Positions 1 through 9,349 of a stretch of DNA of 29,596 nucleotides are shown piece after piece. This stretch comes from a virus (Duplodnaviria; Caudoviricetes): IMG/VR virus record IMGVR_UViG_3300012352_000387, positions 1 through 29,596 of that record. One strand, 5' to 3'. The translations under genes and the position numbers were made by a program. Positions within the stretch are counted from its first letter, which is position 1. Each line of letters begins with the position of its first letter. The notes beneath the pieces were generated by a model. That model saw only the letters and a list, made by a program, of their open reading frames with translations, did not search any database and was not told where the DNA came from.

Positions 1-8
1 GAGCGAGT

Positions 9-500
9 TTGCAAAAACCATCGGAAATGATGGAGCCGAATTATAACGACATTCCAAACGCAAAACCAAAGCGCGGTCGTCCGCGAATTGAACGGCCCGT
101 TCCCGAGGAGGTCGCCCCGGACGCAAACTTCGCGCAGACGATCGAGGAACAAATGCGAATGGTCGCCAAGGCGCGTCGGCTTTGGGACGCTTCCATCGAC
201 GCGGGCGATGCCAATTCCTCGAAGCATCAATCGGCTTACAATCAGAGTTTAAAATCTCTGATCATGCTCCAAGAGGAAGCCGAACGCCGGAGCGTCTTTG
301 CCCGGAACCATATCCTCGCGACCGAATCGGCGGAAGCCATGATGAAACTTGCGGGCCGCGTCGTCGAGAGGTTCGAGAGTCTCGCGTCGGAATGCGGAGA
401 GGCTTGTAATCCGAACGACCCCATTAAGGCGATTTCGGTTCTTTCCAAATGGGCGAAGGAAGCGCGCGCCGAAATGGTCAAACTCTCCGGGGCTAAATGA
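9..500 (+). CDS. terS: Terminase small subunit (probably 5'-truncated by the window edge)
   Basis: Helical protein directly upstream of terL with ATGA overlap. The frame is open to the window edge and no N-terminal HTH is visible. Confidence 0.65.
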   Translation: MQKPSEMMEPNYNDIPNAKPKRGRPRIERPVPEEVAPDANFAQTIEEQMRMVAKARRLWDASIDAGDANSSKHQSAYNQSLKSLIMLQEEAERRSVFARNHILATESAEAMMKLAGRVVERFESLASECGEACNPNDPIKAISVLSKWAKEARAEMVKLSGAK

Positions 501-2320
501 ACTCCGAGGAACTCTTGCAAGTCGGGCTTGAGGTCATCCGTCCGGCGAAGGACGACGATCCCGTTGAATGGCTCGCCAAGAATGTCCGCAAGATTCCGGC
601 GGGGGTATTCGAGGGAGGATACAATCCGGAACGATGGCCTTGGATCGGGGAAGCCGTCCGCATATTCAACGAGCCGACGACCTCGCGTATGTTCATGCCT
701 TGGGCGATTGGTTGCGGCAAGACGCTAACGCTCAAGTTGATTGCAACTTACCTCATGGCTAACCGTCGCGCTGGCATGGCGATTTATTGCGACAGCCAAG
801 AGAAGTCGAAGGAGTTCACGCTTACGCAACTCCGACCGATGTTTGAGCAAGTTGATAAAATCAAAAGCCAATTCTCGCTCGACGATAACGACAAGTCCGG
901 GACGCTCAAGTTCGCCGACGGCTCATTGATCTACAATCGCTCCGCGAATACGGAGAAGCATCTTCAATCGGTTCATGTCCGTTATGTCCTCGGCTCGGAA
1001 TGTTGGCAATGGAAGAACGGCTCAATCACGATGTCCTTATCCCGACTCAAGGCCGCATCGTTCGCGAGCAAGGCCGCTTATGAAAGTCAACCCGGCGACC
1101 TCGAAGGACAAGGCGCGGAGTTCTGGAAGTTCTATCAGATGACCGATCAACGCGATTGGCATTTCGCTTGCCCGTCGGAGTCATGCAACCATGTGCAACC
1201 GTGGCTTTGGGAGTTCGTCCGTTTTCCGGAGTCAGCAAAGACGGCGGGCGGATGGGACTTTAACGCGGTCGAAAAGGGGACGACTTACGAATGCTCCAAA
1301 TGCCGACATCGTATGGAAGATACGAACGAGGTCCGGGCATACGCTAACGATGTCTCTCGCGGGGCCGGGTTCGTCGCGACGACGGCGGCGCAGAAAGCCG
1401 GGTTCATCGGGCTTCATGTCAACGCGCTCGCCTCGACGAGTTGGGGTTCCCTCGCGGTCGATATGATCAAAGCGAAGGAGGTTGCAGAAGCGTTCGGGGA
1501 CGAGGAACCCCGCCGCCTATTCAAGACCCAATTCCTCGCCCTCCCTTGGGCGCAGGAAACCGGAGGAATGGTAGTCAGCACCGAGTCCTCGGATTACGCG
1601 ATGTCGGACGATTGGGAAGCCGAGGCGGTCATTACCCAAGAGAGTCCGGCCCGCGTCGTCAACCGGGAGGACGGCATCGGGATTCCGTTTGTTTCCTGCG
1701 CTATCGATTGTCAGTCGGACCATTTCTGGGTCGCGATCCGGCGATGGGCAAAGACGGGACATTCCCGTTTGCATTGGTTCGGCAGGGTTGACTCGAATGA
1801 AACCTTAACCGATTGGACCCGGCTCGACGAATTGCTCGCCCGGTTCAAGGTCAACCCGCACCTTGTCATCGTCGATTCCGGCGACGGCAATACGACGCAA
1901 GAGGTTTACAAGCAAACGGCGATGCGGGGTTGGAAATGCTCGAAGGGTTCCGGGCAGGAATACTTCAATGTTAAGGACAAGTCCGGCAACCCGATGCGGC
2001 GTTTCTATTCCTCGCCTCAAGCGATCCATGTCCCCGGCGTTAAGCGGCCCGCCGAACTCCTTGTTTTCTCGAACCTCCAAGCGAAAGATTTGTTTTTCGG
2101 CTTGCGCGCTCGGAAGGTGTTTACATTTGCCCGCGATGCCGGGGACGACTACGCTCGGCAACTCAACTCCGAGGCGAGAGTCAAGGACGCTGGCAAAGCC
2201 ATTTGGAAATTGAAACACGGCGAGAAACATAATCACGCGCTCGACTGCGAGTTGCTTAATATGCTTGTCGCGGTTCGCTGGGGAATCATCGGTCGCGATG
2301 CGGTCGAACCGTCATCCTAA
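497..2320 (+). CDS. terL: Terminase large subunit, lambda GpA type
   Basis: PVEWLAKN N-terminus, Walker A-like AIGCGKT, CP..C.H and YEC..C Cys motifs, nuclease motifs AIDCQ, IVDSG and NHALDC. Confidence 0.93.
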   Translation: MNSEELLQVGLEVIRPAKDDDPVEWLAKNVRKIPAGVFEGGYNPERWPWIGEAVRIFNEPTTSRMFMPWAIGCGKTLTLKLIATYLMANRRAGMAIYCDSQEKSKEFTLTQLRPMFEQVDKIKSQFSLDDNDKSGTLKFADGSLIYNRSANTEKHLQSVHVRYVLGSECWQWKNGSITMSLSRLKAASFASKAAYESQPGDLEGQGAEFWKFYQMTDQRDWHFACPSESCNHVQPWLWEFVRFPESAKTAGGWDFNAVEKGTTYECSKCRHRMEDTNEVRAYANDVSRGAGFVATTAAQKAGFIGLHVNALASTSWGSLAVDMIKAKEVAEAFGDEEPRRLFKTQFLALPWAQETGGMVVSTESSDYAMSDDWEAEAVITQESPARVVNREDGIGIPFVSCAIDCQSDHFWVAIRRWAKTGHSRLHWFGRVDSNETLTDWTRLDELLARFKVNPHLVIVDSGDGNTTQEVYKQTAMRGWKCSKGSGQEYFNVKDKSGNPMRRFYSSPQAIHVPGVKRPAELLVFSNLQAKDLFFGLRARKVFTFARDAGDDYARQLNSEARVKDAGKAIWKLKHGEKHNHALDCELLNMLVAVRWGIIGRDAVEPSS

Positions 2321-2333
2321 ACCCTTCCGCAAT
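2318..2333 (+). promoter_or_regulatory. Putative late promoter motif TAAAC-N6-GCAAT (copy 1)
   Basis: TAAAC CCTTCC GCAAT, 5 nt before ATG 2339. One of five copies with the same internal spacing. Confidence 0.65.
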
Positions 2334-2338
2334 GCTTT

Positions 2339-2587
2339 ATGGCTAAAGGCTTATTTCTCGGTTTGCCGGAGGACGAACTCCTCCGATATAGGGCGGAAGC
2401 CCTCGCCGACCTTGGTCGCGTCGTTACGAGTTATTCCGATAGCGGAACGAGCGTCTCGAAAACCTTTGGCATGAAGGCCGAGGACCGGATTGCGGAAATC
2501 AACTACGCGCTATCTCGCCTCGATCCTTCCAAGTATGGAAGCCGTCGAACCTCGATCACGACCGATTGGAAGTATCGCCAAGACTAA
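2339..2587 (+). CDS. Head completion / head-tail joining protein (gpW-like)
   Basis: 82 aa between terL and portal, as lambda gpW. Helix, short beta hairpin (VTSYSDSGTSVSK), helix pattern. Confidence 0.7.
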   Translation: MAKGLFLGLPEDELLRYRAEALADLGRVVTSYSDSGTSVSKTFGMKAEDRIAEINYALSRLDPSKYGSRRTSITTDWKYRQD

Positions 2588-4062
2588 TGCGCAAGCCAAC
2601 CGCCAAGCCTAAAAAGGCACAATCCAAAGCCAAGCCCGCGAAAGGACCGGGCGCGAGTTACGACCAATTCGCTTCGACGACCAACTCCGGTCAACGCCGG
2701 ATGTTATTCCTCGGTAAGCCGAAGGATGCCCGCCAAGACTTGAACGCTTCGACGCGTTCCCAGATGGTTGCGATCTCGCGTTGGGCCGTCCGCAACTCGC
2801 CCATTTATAACCAGATGGTCAACGAGTTGGTTATGGTCGTCGTCGGCAACGGCCTTAACCCGCAATCGGCTTGTGCAAACCCGGAGTCTGCGGCGGCTTT
2901 TGAGAAACATTTCCGAGAGTTCGCGAAGCGTTGCGATGTGACCGGGCGGTTCTCGTTCGGTCAAGTAATGCAAATGTGGATGAGGTCCGGTTTGTTCATC
3001 GACGGCGACATCTTCACGGCGAAAGTCTATAAGGACGATAAGCCGAAACTGCAAGTCCTTGAAAGTCATCGAGTCGGGAACCCGGCGTTTGATACGAACT
3101 CCCCGATTGCCGACGGCGTATATCTCGGACCTATGGGCGAGGTTATCGGTTATAATGTTATCTCCGACAACGAAGCCCGCGACAACTTCGTCCCCGCGCA
3201 GTCGATGCTTCATGTCGTTGACCTCGACCGGGCTTCGTCCGTTCGCGGTTTCCCCCTTGCGCAGTCGTCCCTCAATTCGGTCCGCGATCAACTCGAAGTG
3301 TTCTCCCTCGAGGTTAGGGCGTGCCGCGACTCGGCGGATTATACTCGCGTCCTCAAGAAGCAAGGCGGCGTTTTGACCGACGACCCGGCGGAAGCAATCG
3401 CGGGCCGTGGCAAGACTTGCGAGGACATCGCAAACGAAATGGGCGGCAAGACGCTCGTCCTCGATGTCAACGAATCGTTCGAGCAATTTATCAATTCTCG
3501 TCCGTCGCCCGCTTGGGTCGGAATGATGAAGGCAATCGAACGGGACATCGTTAAGGTTCTCCCTTACGAATATGTTTCCGACGCTTCGAGCATCGGGGGC
3601 GTTGCGGTCCGTTTGATCGCCGCCAAAGTGAGTCGCGTTGCGGACCATTATCAGTCCATCCTCCAAGACAACGCGCAAGCCGTTTGGGATTGGGTTATCG
3701 CCGACGGCATCGCCAAGGGCGAACTGCCGGACGAGCCGGACTTTAACCGGACGACTTGGACGACCCCGCGCGATGTGACCGTCGATGCCGGACGCGAAGC
3801 CGCGCAGGACCGCGACGACCTTCGCATGGGTTTGACGACCGCCTCCGCGATCCTCGCAAAGAAGGGAATGGACTTCGACGATGTAGTCGCGACCCGAGTC
3901 CGCGAAATGCGCGGCATTGTCGAGGCCGCACAATCCGCCGACCTTCCGCTTTGGATGCTTTATCAGTCCTCCTTTAATTGGCTCCAGCAAGGACAAGGCG
4001 CTAACCAAGTTCCGGATACTGTCGCCGAAAACCTTAACCTACCCGAACAACCGACCCAATGA
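2587..4062 (+). CDS. Portal protein, lambda family
   Basis: TAATG-coupled start at 2587. Motifs RWAVRNSP, VVGNGL, FIDGDIF, GVYLGPMGEVIGY, VRGFP and VDAGREA. Confidence 0.92.
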   Translation: MRKPTAKPKKAQSKAKPAKGPGASYDQFASTTNSGQRRMLFLGKPKDARQDLNASTRSQMVAISRWAVRNSPIYNQMVNELVMVVVGNGLNPQSACANPESAAAFEKHFREFAKRCDVTGRFSFGQVMQMWMRSGLFIDGDIFTAKVYKDDKPKLQVLESHRVGNPAFDTNSPIADGVYLGPMGEVIGYNVISDNEARDNFVPAQSMLHVVDLDRASSVRGFPLAQSSLNSVRDQLEVFSLEVRACRDSADYTRVLKKQGGVLTDDPAEAIAGRGKTCEDIANEMGGKTLVLDVNESFEQFINSRPSPAWVGMMKAIERDIVKVLPYEYVSDASSIGGVAVRLIAAKVSRVADHYQSILQDNAQAVWDWVIADGIAKGELPDEPDFNRTTWTTPRDVTVDAGREAAQDRDDLRMGLTTASAILAKKGMDFDDVVATRVREMRGIVEAAQSADLPLWMLYQSSFNWLQQGQGANQVPDTVAENLNLPEQPTQ

Positions 4063-4850
4063 AGTTTTTAAACTGTGGCCTATCCGGGCAAGAACCTTTG
4101 ATGGTTCATCTTCCCCGCGCTATCGAGCGCGTCAAAGCCGCCGACAAGTTCGGGGTTATGGACGCTCTTTCCGATTTCTTCGGAGTCAAAGAAGAACCAT
4201 ACATCCGTCCCGACGGAATCGCGGTCGTCCCCATCAAGGGCGTTCTCGGGGTAGGCTTGAGCCGCTTCGACGAAATGACGGGCGGCGTTGATATGTGGAA
4301 AGTCTCCGACCAGATCGACGCGCTCGCCTCGAACCCTGCGGTCCGGGGAATCGCCTTCGACATTTCCTCCCCCGGCGGAACCGTCCTCGGGACTCCGGAA
4401 CTCGCCGAGAAGGTCGCATCCCTCTCCGTTCCTACCCTCGCTTATACTCGCGACCTCATGGCTTCCGCCGCTATCTATATCGGGAGCCAAGCCGACCGTG
4501 TTATCTCCGCGAAGTCGGCTTATGTCGGGAGCGTCGGCGTTATCAGCATCGACTACTCTTATGCCGATTACTTTAAGATGAACGGCATTAAGGTTGAGAT
4601 CACTCGCTCGACCGAGTTCAAAGCCCCCAACGCGGCGGGCGAAGGTTATACCGAAGCGCAGAAGGAAAGCGAAAATAAGCGCGTCGTCGCCATGTATGAC
4701 GAGTTCAAGAAAGCCGTTAAGTCAAAGCGGACTATGGTCGCCGATGCCGCCCTTGACGGAACGCTATTCACCGGGGCCGAAGCCGCCCGCCTCCGCCTAA
4801 TCACGGGCATCGCCCCGACTCTCGACGAGGCAATCGCCTCCGCTTTCTAA
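4059..4850 (+). CDS. Head maturation protease, S49 (SppA/ClpP-like) family
   Basis: IAVVPIKGVL, DISSPGG, MASAAIYIGSQAD and VGSVGV motifs. Follows the portal like lambda gpC. Confidence 0.93.
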   Translation: MKFLNCGLSGQEPLMVHLPRAIERVKAADKFGVMDALSDFFGVKEEPYIRPDGIAVVPIKGVLGVGLSRFDEMTGGVDMWKVSDQIDALASNPAVRGIAFDISSPGGTVLGTPELAEKVASLSVPTLAYTRDLMASAAIYIGSQADRVISAKSAYVGSVGVISIDYSYADYFKMNGIKVEITRSTEFKAPNAAGEGYTEAQKESENKRVVAMYDEFKKAVKSKRTMVADAALDGTLFTGAEAARLRLITGIAPTLDEAIASAF

Positions 4851-5668
4851 TGCCACGCATCGTAGCAACCGACCTCGACGATACTATCCTTACGGATGGT
4901 CGAGCCGTCCAACCCGTCGTCGATTACATCGTCGGCATCAACGCGGAGGTCGTCGTCATTACGGCCCGCGACGAATCACGCCGAGAGGATACGGTCAAGG
5001 ATTTGGAATCCATCGGGTTCAAGTATTCGGAACTAATCATGAAGTCCGGCGACGGCGAAATCCCGGCGTTCAAGCGCGATGCGGTCGCCGCCCTTATCGA
5101 AGCCGGGAACGATGTCCTCGTTTTCATCGACAACGACGGGGCTAACCGCGAAGCCGTCGAGTCCCTGGGGGTCGAGGTAGTTGACCCTGCCGACATCATT
5201 TCCGGCGAGGACGAAGAGGACGATTCCGAGGACTCCCTAAACCAAGAAGCAAAGAACATGACGATTGAAGAAGTTGCCAAGGAAGCCGCCTCCGCGCTGG
5301 CCTCCGTTACCGCCGAACGCGACGAACTTCGCGTCGCAATCGAATCCGCAACCGTCGATGTCGCGAGCAAGGTCGAAGCCTTGACCGCCGATGTATCCGC
5401 CAAGGATGCCCGCATCGTCGAACTGACCGCCGCCCTCGAAGCCGCGACCGCCAAGGTTGCCGCCCTCGAAGCGTCCGCCGAGTCTGCCGCCAAGTCCGCC
5501 GCGAAGATTGTCGCCGCTACCGGGACCGCCCCGATCGCGGACGCTGGCCCCAAGGTCGCCGCTTCCGGCTCCGTTGTCGAGCAATGGAAGGCGATGCCCG
5601 TCGGCCCTGAACGGACCGCCTTCTTTGCCAAGAATCAAGCCGCGATCCTGCGCGCTCATTCCAAGTAA
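4850..5668 (+). CDS. HAD-family phosphatase domain fused to coiled-coil scaffold protein
   Basis: HAD motifs DLDDT, ITAR, FKR and FIDND in aa 1-115, then acidic linker EDEEDDSED, then Ala-rich coiled coil. Lies between protease and capsid genes. Confidence 0.8.
   Translation: MPRIVATDLDDTILTDGRAVQPVVDYIVGINAEVVVITARDESRREDTVKDLESIGFKYSELIMKSGDGEIPAFKRDAVAALIEAGNDVLVFIDNDGANREAVESLGVEVVDPADIISGEDEEDDSEDSLNQEAKNMTIEEVAKEAASALASVTAERDELRVAIESATVDVASKVEALTADVSAKDARIVELTAALEAATAKVAALEASAESAAKSAAKIVAATGTAPIADAGPKVAASGSVVEQWKAMPVGPERTAFFAKNQAAILRAHSK
5238..5253 (+). promoter_or_regulatory. Putative late promoter motif (copy 2, intragenic)
   Basis: TAAAC CAAGAA GCAAA, 4 nt before in-frame ATG 5258. 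Confidence 0.6.
5258..5668 (+). CDS. Nested in-frame scaffold protein (internal start MTIEEV)
   Basis: In-frame Met137 sits right after the acidic linker and the late motif. Analogous to lambda Nu3 nested in gene C. Confidence 0.65.
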   Translation: MTIEEVAKEAASALASVTAERDELRVAIESATVDVASKVEALTADVSAKDARIVELTAALEAATAKVAALEASAESAAKSAAKIVAATGTAPIADAGPKVAASGSVVEQWKAMPVGPERTAFFAKNQAAILRAHSK

Positions 5669-5694
5669 TTTCCCAACCAATAATTAACTAACTC

Positions 5695-6552
5695 ATGGCT
5701 AATACCATCTCCACCGACCTCATCGTCGATTCCGTTTCCTCGACGGCCCAGACGGTTCTCTCGAACCGCATGGCCCCCCTTCGCTTCTGCGCCAAGGATT
5801 ATTCCCTTGATGTCCGCAAGCCCAAGGATGTCGTTCAGGTCAAACTCGCTACCGCTGGTTCCTCGACGCAGATCAACCCCACCGCGTTTGATTCCATCGG
5901 CGGCTCGACTCTCGCCGCCAGCCCGGTGACGCTCGCCCATGTTTACCAGCCTTTCGGTCTGGAATATGCCGACCTTCAGAACGGCTTTAAACTCGCCGAC
6001 ATCGTGCAAGTCAATGTCGATAAGTTCGCCGACAAACTCTGGGAAATCGCTACCGCCCCGATCACCGTCGCTAACTTCGGAGCCGCCGCCGCGACCGCCG
6101 CTTCCGCTTCCGTGACCCCCTCCTCTGGCGAAATCCAGAAGATGTGGGCCGCGACCGCCAAGGCCGACCGGACCGCCCTCGTCCTCAATACCGTCTCTTA
6201 CGCCAACTTGATCCCGACCTCGACGCAGGGTATCGACCTTCTCCGCGAAGGCGCTTACGGTTTCGCTAACGGTGTGTTCAAGGCTTCGGCCTTCCCCTCC
6301 GAACTGAAACTCGCGGGCTTCGCGATCGCTCCGGAAGCGCTGGCTATGGCTAACGCCGCTCCGGAACTCTCGTTCGCGCAAGGCGAGTTCATCGTCGCCG
6401 AACGCTACACCGTCGAAAAGTTGGGCCTTACCGTTTGGTATAACCTGTGGTTCGACCCGGCCTCCCGTTCCTATGTCGGCTCGCTTGAAACCATGTTCGG
6501 TTGCAACAAGGCGATCACGAACGGCACGATCGGCGCGCTCTATAACCCTTAA
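5695..6552 (+). CDS. Major capsid protein
   Basis: 285 aa, MANTI start, follows the scaffold, AT-rich leader, followed by a strong terminator. Confidence 0.82.
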   Translation: MANTISTDLIVDSVSSTAQTVLSNRMAPLRFCAKDYSLDVRKPKDVVQVKLATAGSSTQINPTAFDSIGGSTLAASPVTLAHVYQPFGLEYADLQNGFKLADIVQVNVDKFADKLWEIATAPITVANFGAAAATAASASVTPSSGEIQKMWAATAKADRTALVLNTVSYANLIPTSTQGIDLLREGAYGFANGVFKASAFPSELKLAGFAIAPEALAMANAAPELSFAQGEFIVAERYTVEKLGLTVWYNLWFDPASRSYVGSLETMFGCNKAITNGTIGALYNP

Positions 6553-6573
6553 TCTCGGGTTAAATTGAGAACG

Positions 6574-6604
6574 GCCCTCGTCTGGAAACGGACGGGGGCT
6601 TTTT
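6574..6604 (+). terminator. Rho-independent terminator after the capsid gene
   Basis: GCCCTCGTCTG-GAAA-CGGACGGGGGC 11-bp stem (two G-U pairs) followed by TTTTT. Confidence 0.85.
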
Positions 6605-6606
6605 CA

Positions 6607-6622
6607 TTTACGCATACGCAAT
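6607..6622 (+). promoter_or_regulatory. Putative late promoter motif (copy 3)
   Basis: TTTAC GCATAC GCAAT directly after the terminator, 6 nt before ATG 6629. Confidence 0.62.
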
Positions 6623-6628
6623 TAGAAG

Positions 6629-7000
6629 ATGAGCATTTATTCCGAGTTCCGGGCGGACGCGAAAGAGATTCTTTCCGAAGTAGGTCGCCCCGCCCTCGTC
6701 GCGGGGAATCAATTCCTCGTCATGCTGTCCGACCCTCTCGTCGCCCCGGTCCTTGAGGCCGGAGGTTACATTGAGAAGAAAGGTTGGACGGTGCGTTTCG
6801 CCGCCGCCACGGGGCCGTGGACGGCTTCCGACGGGCGGGTCGGAGGGCAAGTCGCAACCCTCGCCTCCGGGGTTCCTATTGCCTCCTTGAGCGAGGGAAA
6901 GAAACTGACCGTTAATGGGCAGACAGTCCGCATTGTTACACAATCCCATAAGCAAGACTCGGCTTGGATTACGGTCACGGTCATCGACGACAATCAATAA
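6629..7000 (+). CDS. Putative head-tail connector (head closure) protein
   Basis: 123 aa beta-rich protein after the capsid gene. Call rests on synteny. Confidence 0.55.
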   Translation: MSIYSEFRADAKEILSEVGRPALVAGNQFLVMLSDPLVAPVLEAGGYIEKKGWTVRFAAATGPWTASDGRVGGQVATLASGVPIASLSEGKKLTVNGQTVRIVTQSHKQDSAWITVTVIDDNQ

Positions 7001-7959
7001 TGGGACTTGAGAAAAAGTCATTCGACGAGTTCTCGGCGATGCTTGGCAAGTTCGCCAAGGCCGCGCGCTCGACGATGCGTAATTCGTCAATCCAGCAAAT
7101 GCGACTCGCGGCCCGCGACGCGATGACATTTTCCCCGCCGATGAACAAGGCCGGAGGCGGAGGCTTGAAAGACAAAGCCCGCGTAATCGGCGAGACAAAG
7201 ACCGCCCGCGACATCCGGCGTATTCTCGTCCCGATCGATGACTCCGACGCTATCGACGCTCGGGCCGGGAAAATCAATTTAATGGTTAAGTCCGTCCGCG
7301 ACGGCGACCGATACACCGTCGATATGTTATTCGAGGGCGAGGCGAAAAAGACATTCCTCAAGATGTCCGGCATTATGCGGAAGATCGCCCAAGACTCCGA
7401 CCCGGAGCGTCGGTTCAAGAAGGCAAAGAACTTCCTCAACAAAACCCAAGTCCGGGCTTTGGGAAGTTCCATCTTTGCGAAGGAAGTCGCGACCGATCTC
7501 CGGGCGACTCACGATAACGCCATGCGTCCTTACGGCGGTCGGTTCAAGCCGCGTATGAAATATAAAGGAATGAAGTTCATGGTTCGGGATAAGGCGACGC
7601 TGGAGGAATACATCAAGACACGGCAAGCCCATGTCGGGATTACAAAGGCGGGCTGGGCGGAGTGTCTTGCTATGGCCCCGCGCCGGACTACCAAAAGCGG
7701 GGACATCAACGACGGGGCGATCGGCGACAATACCGGATGGATCACGCGCCATAAGCCGGGGCATGGGGTCGTCGTATTCACCGAGGCACAATCGGCTTTT
7801 AATCTTTCGATGGCGAACCTCGTCGGCAACATCAACGGGATCGCGACCGATTGCGGGATGCCGGAAATCGTTTACGGGAACCGCGTCAAACAAATGCAAT
7901 CCATCGTTGACCGAATGTTAAAGAAGGAAGCCGCCGCGAACGGCGTTAAATTAACCTAA
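7000..7959 (+). CDS. Putative neck / tail completion protein (basic)
   Basis: TAATG-coupled start at 7000, Lys/Arg-rich, VGITKAGW motif. Lies between head closure and tail terminator candidates. Confidence 0.5.
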   Translation: MGLEKKSFDEFSAMLGKFAKAARSTMRNSSIQQMRLAARDAMTFSPPMNKAGGGGLKDKARVIGETKTARDIRRILVPIDDSDAIDARAGKINLMVKSVRDGDRYTVDMLFEGEAKKTFLKMSGIMRKIAQDSDPERRFKKAKNFLNKTQVRALGSSIFAKEVATDLRATHDNAMRPYGGRFKPRMKYKGMKFMVRDKATLEEYIKTRQAHVGITKAGWAECLAMAPRRTTKSGDINDGAIGDNTGWITRHKPGHGVVVFTEAQSAFNLSMANLVGNINGIATDCGMPEIVYGNRVKQMQSIVDRMLKKEAAANGVKLT

Positions 7960-7963
7960 CCTT

Positions 7964-8410
7964 ATGTCCGAGAAATCTCCTTATCATGTAGTCGAGAACG
8001 CTATTCAAGCCGTCCTCGCCGCCGAGTCCGGCCTTGCCGGGGTTCCCGTTTACAAAGGCGACGCTTACGAGGAGAAGCAACTTCCCCGCGTTACCGTCGT
8101 TTGTGACTCGGCTTCGACTCCGGGCGACCTCCCCGACGGCCTCGGCAATTTCAATTGTTCCGTCCGCATTATCGCCGACTCCTCGACCGACGACGGCTCG
8201 GACCCTCTCGGCGATCACCGGAAGCGCATCGCCGCGATCCAAGGAATCATGTCAAAGGTCCAGACTATCAAGGCGACCTTTGCCGCCCAAGGGGACGCTT
8301 ACTGTTACGACTCGACCTTTAAGACATCAAGCCCGTCCTACTCCGACCGCGATTGGACCGGAACCTTGACCTATGATGTCCTAATCGTCCTCGCTCCCTT
8401 GGCCCCCTAA
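7964..8410 (+). CDS. Putative tail terminator protein
   Basis: 148 aa with LPRVTV motif, directly upstream of the tail tube candidate. Confidence 0.55.
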   Translation: MSEKSPYHVVENAIQAVLAAESGLAGVPVYKGDAYEEKQLPRVTVVCDSASTPGDLPDGLGNFNCSVRIIADSSTDDGSDPLGDHRKRIAAIQGIMSKVQTIKATFAAQGDAYCYDSTFKTSSPSYSDRDWTGTLTYDVLIVLAPLAP

Positions 8411-8423
8411 ACCCTTTCGCAAT
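8408..8423 (+). promoter_or_regulatory. Putative late promoter motif (copy 4)
   Basis: TAAAC CCTTTC GCAAT, 5 nt before ATG 8429. Nearly identical to copy 1. Confidence 0.65.
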
Positions 8424-8428
8424 AGGGC

Positions 8429-8806
8429 ATGGCAACTGATAATAACGGCGTCGTTTGCAAATATGGAATTGAAGGTTCCATGTCTAACGGCGTGGTCCAA
8501 AGTTATGACCTCGTTTCCTCGTTCAACAACGAGGCGACCGTTGTCGATGAGAACGGCCTTACGATTACCCATCGTCTCGACGACCGGAAATCCGAACTGA
8601 CCGTCGAAATGATTGTCCTCACTTCGTCGATTCCGGTCCTCGGTCAAAGCCTTACCTTCACGGTCAATACTTCCTCGGCCTACCCCGGCGGCGGCGCATC
8701 GACCTCGGCGAAAGGAGTCATTAACAAAATCCAAGACAAGGGGAGCAATAAGGGTTATACTCTCGTTTCTGTTAGCGCCATTGGTTACGAGTCGATTACC
8801 TACTAA
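8429..8806 (+). CDS. Putative major tail (tube) protein
   Basis: 125 aa beta-rich, Ser/Thr/Val-rich protein with its own late motif, in the expected position. Confidence 0.6.
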   Translation: MATDNNGVVCKYGIEGSMSNGVVQSYDLVSSFNNEATVVDENGLTITHRLDDRKSELTVEMIVLTSSIPVLGQSLTFTVNTSSAYPGGGASTSAKGVINKIQDKGSNKGYTLVSVSAIGYESITY

Positions 8807-8811
8807 CCCCC

Positions 8812-9348
8812 GTGGACTCACGCTTTATAAGCGCGTTCACAGACCCGACCCCGGATTTGAAGATTCTGGGTCGTTTCGTTTCGCCCTTCTCCCTCGCTCA
8901 TCGCGTCATCTTGACCGCGCTCGACAGTCCTTTGCTTCACGGCGGGGCGGAGATTCGTCCGGTCGATTTGCTCATCGCGGTTAAAGTTTGCGCGGGCGAA
9001 CCAATCGGAAAACTATCCTTGCGCGATATGTGGACTTTGAATCGGCTCAACGACAGTAAAACAATGTTTTACAAAGAACTACATCGCTTCGAGCAATTCG
9101 TCCTTGTCGAGTCATGGCCCAAGTTTTGGCGGCGAGAAGGAGCCAAAGGATCGTCGAGCGATAGCGGGCCGCCTTGGGTTTTAAGCATCGTTTGCAATCT
9201 TATCTCGAACGGTATCCCGGAGGACCGCGCATGGAATATGCCGGAGGCCCAAGCCATTTGGTATAATACGACCTTTGCGATCCTCAAGGGAGCCGACCTT
9301 TCAATCATTACGGAGAAGCAAGAGAAGGCAATGGAGGCTTTAGGATAA
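8812..9348 (+). CDS. Putative tail assembly chaperone
   Basis: Lies between the tail tube and tape measure candidates. GTG start. Confidence 0.5.
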   Translation: MDSRFISAFTDPTPDLKILGRFVSPFSLAHRVILTALDSPLLHGGAEIRPVDLLIAVKVCAGEPIGKLSLRDMWTLNRLNDSKTMFYKELHRFEQFVLVESWPKFWRREGAKGSSSDSGPPWVLSIVCNLISNGIPEDRAWNMPEAQAIWYNTTFAILKGADLSIITEKQEKAMEALG

Positions 9349-9349
9349 C

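Noticed and set aside
2704-4008. 434-aa minus-strand ORF
   Set aside because: Antisense shadow of the portal gene with no recognisable domain.
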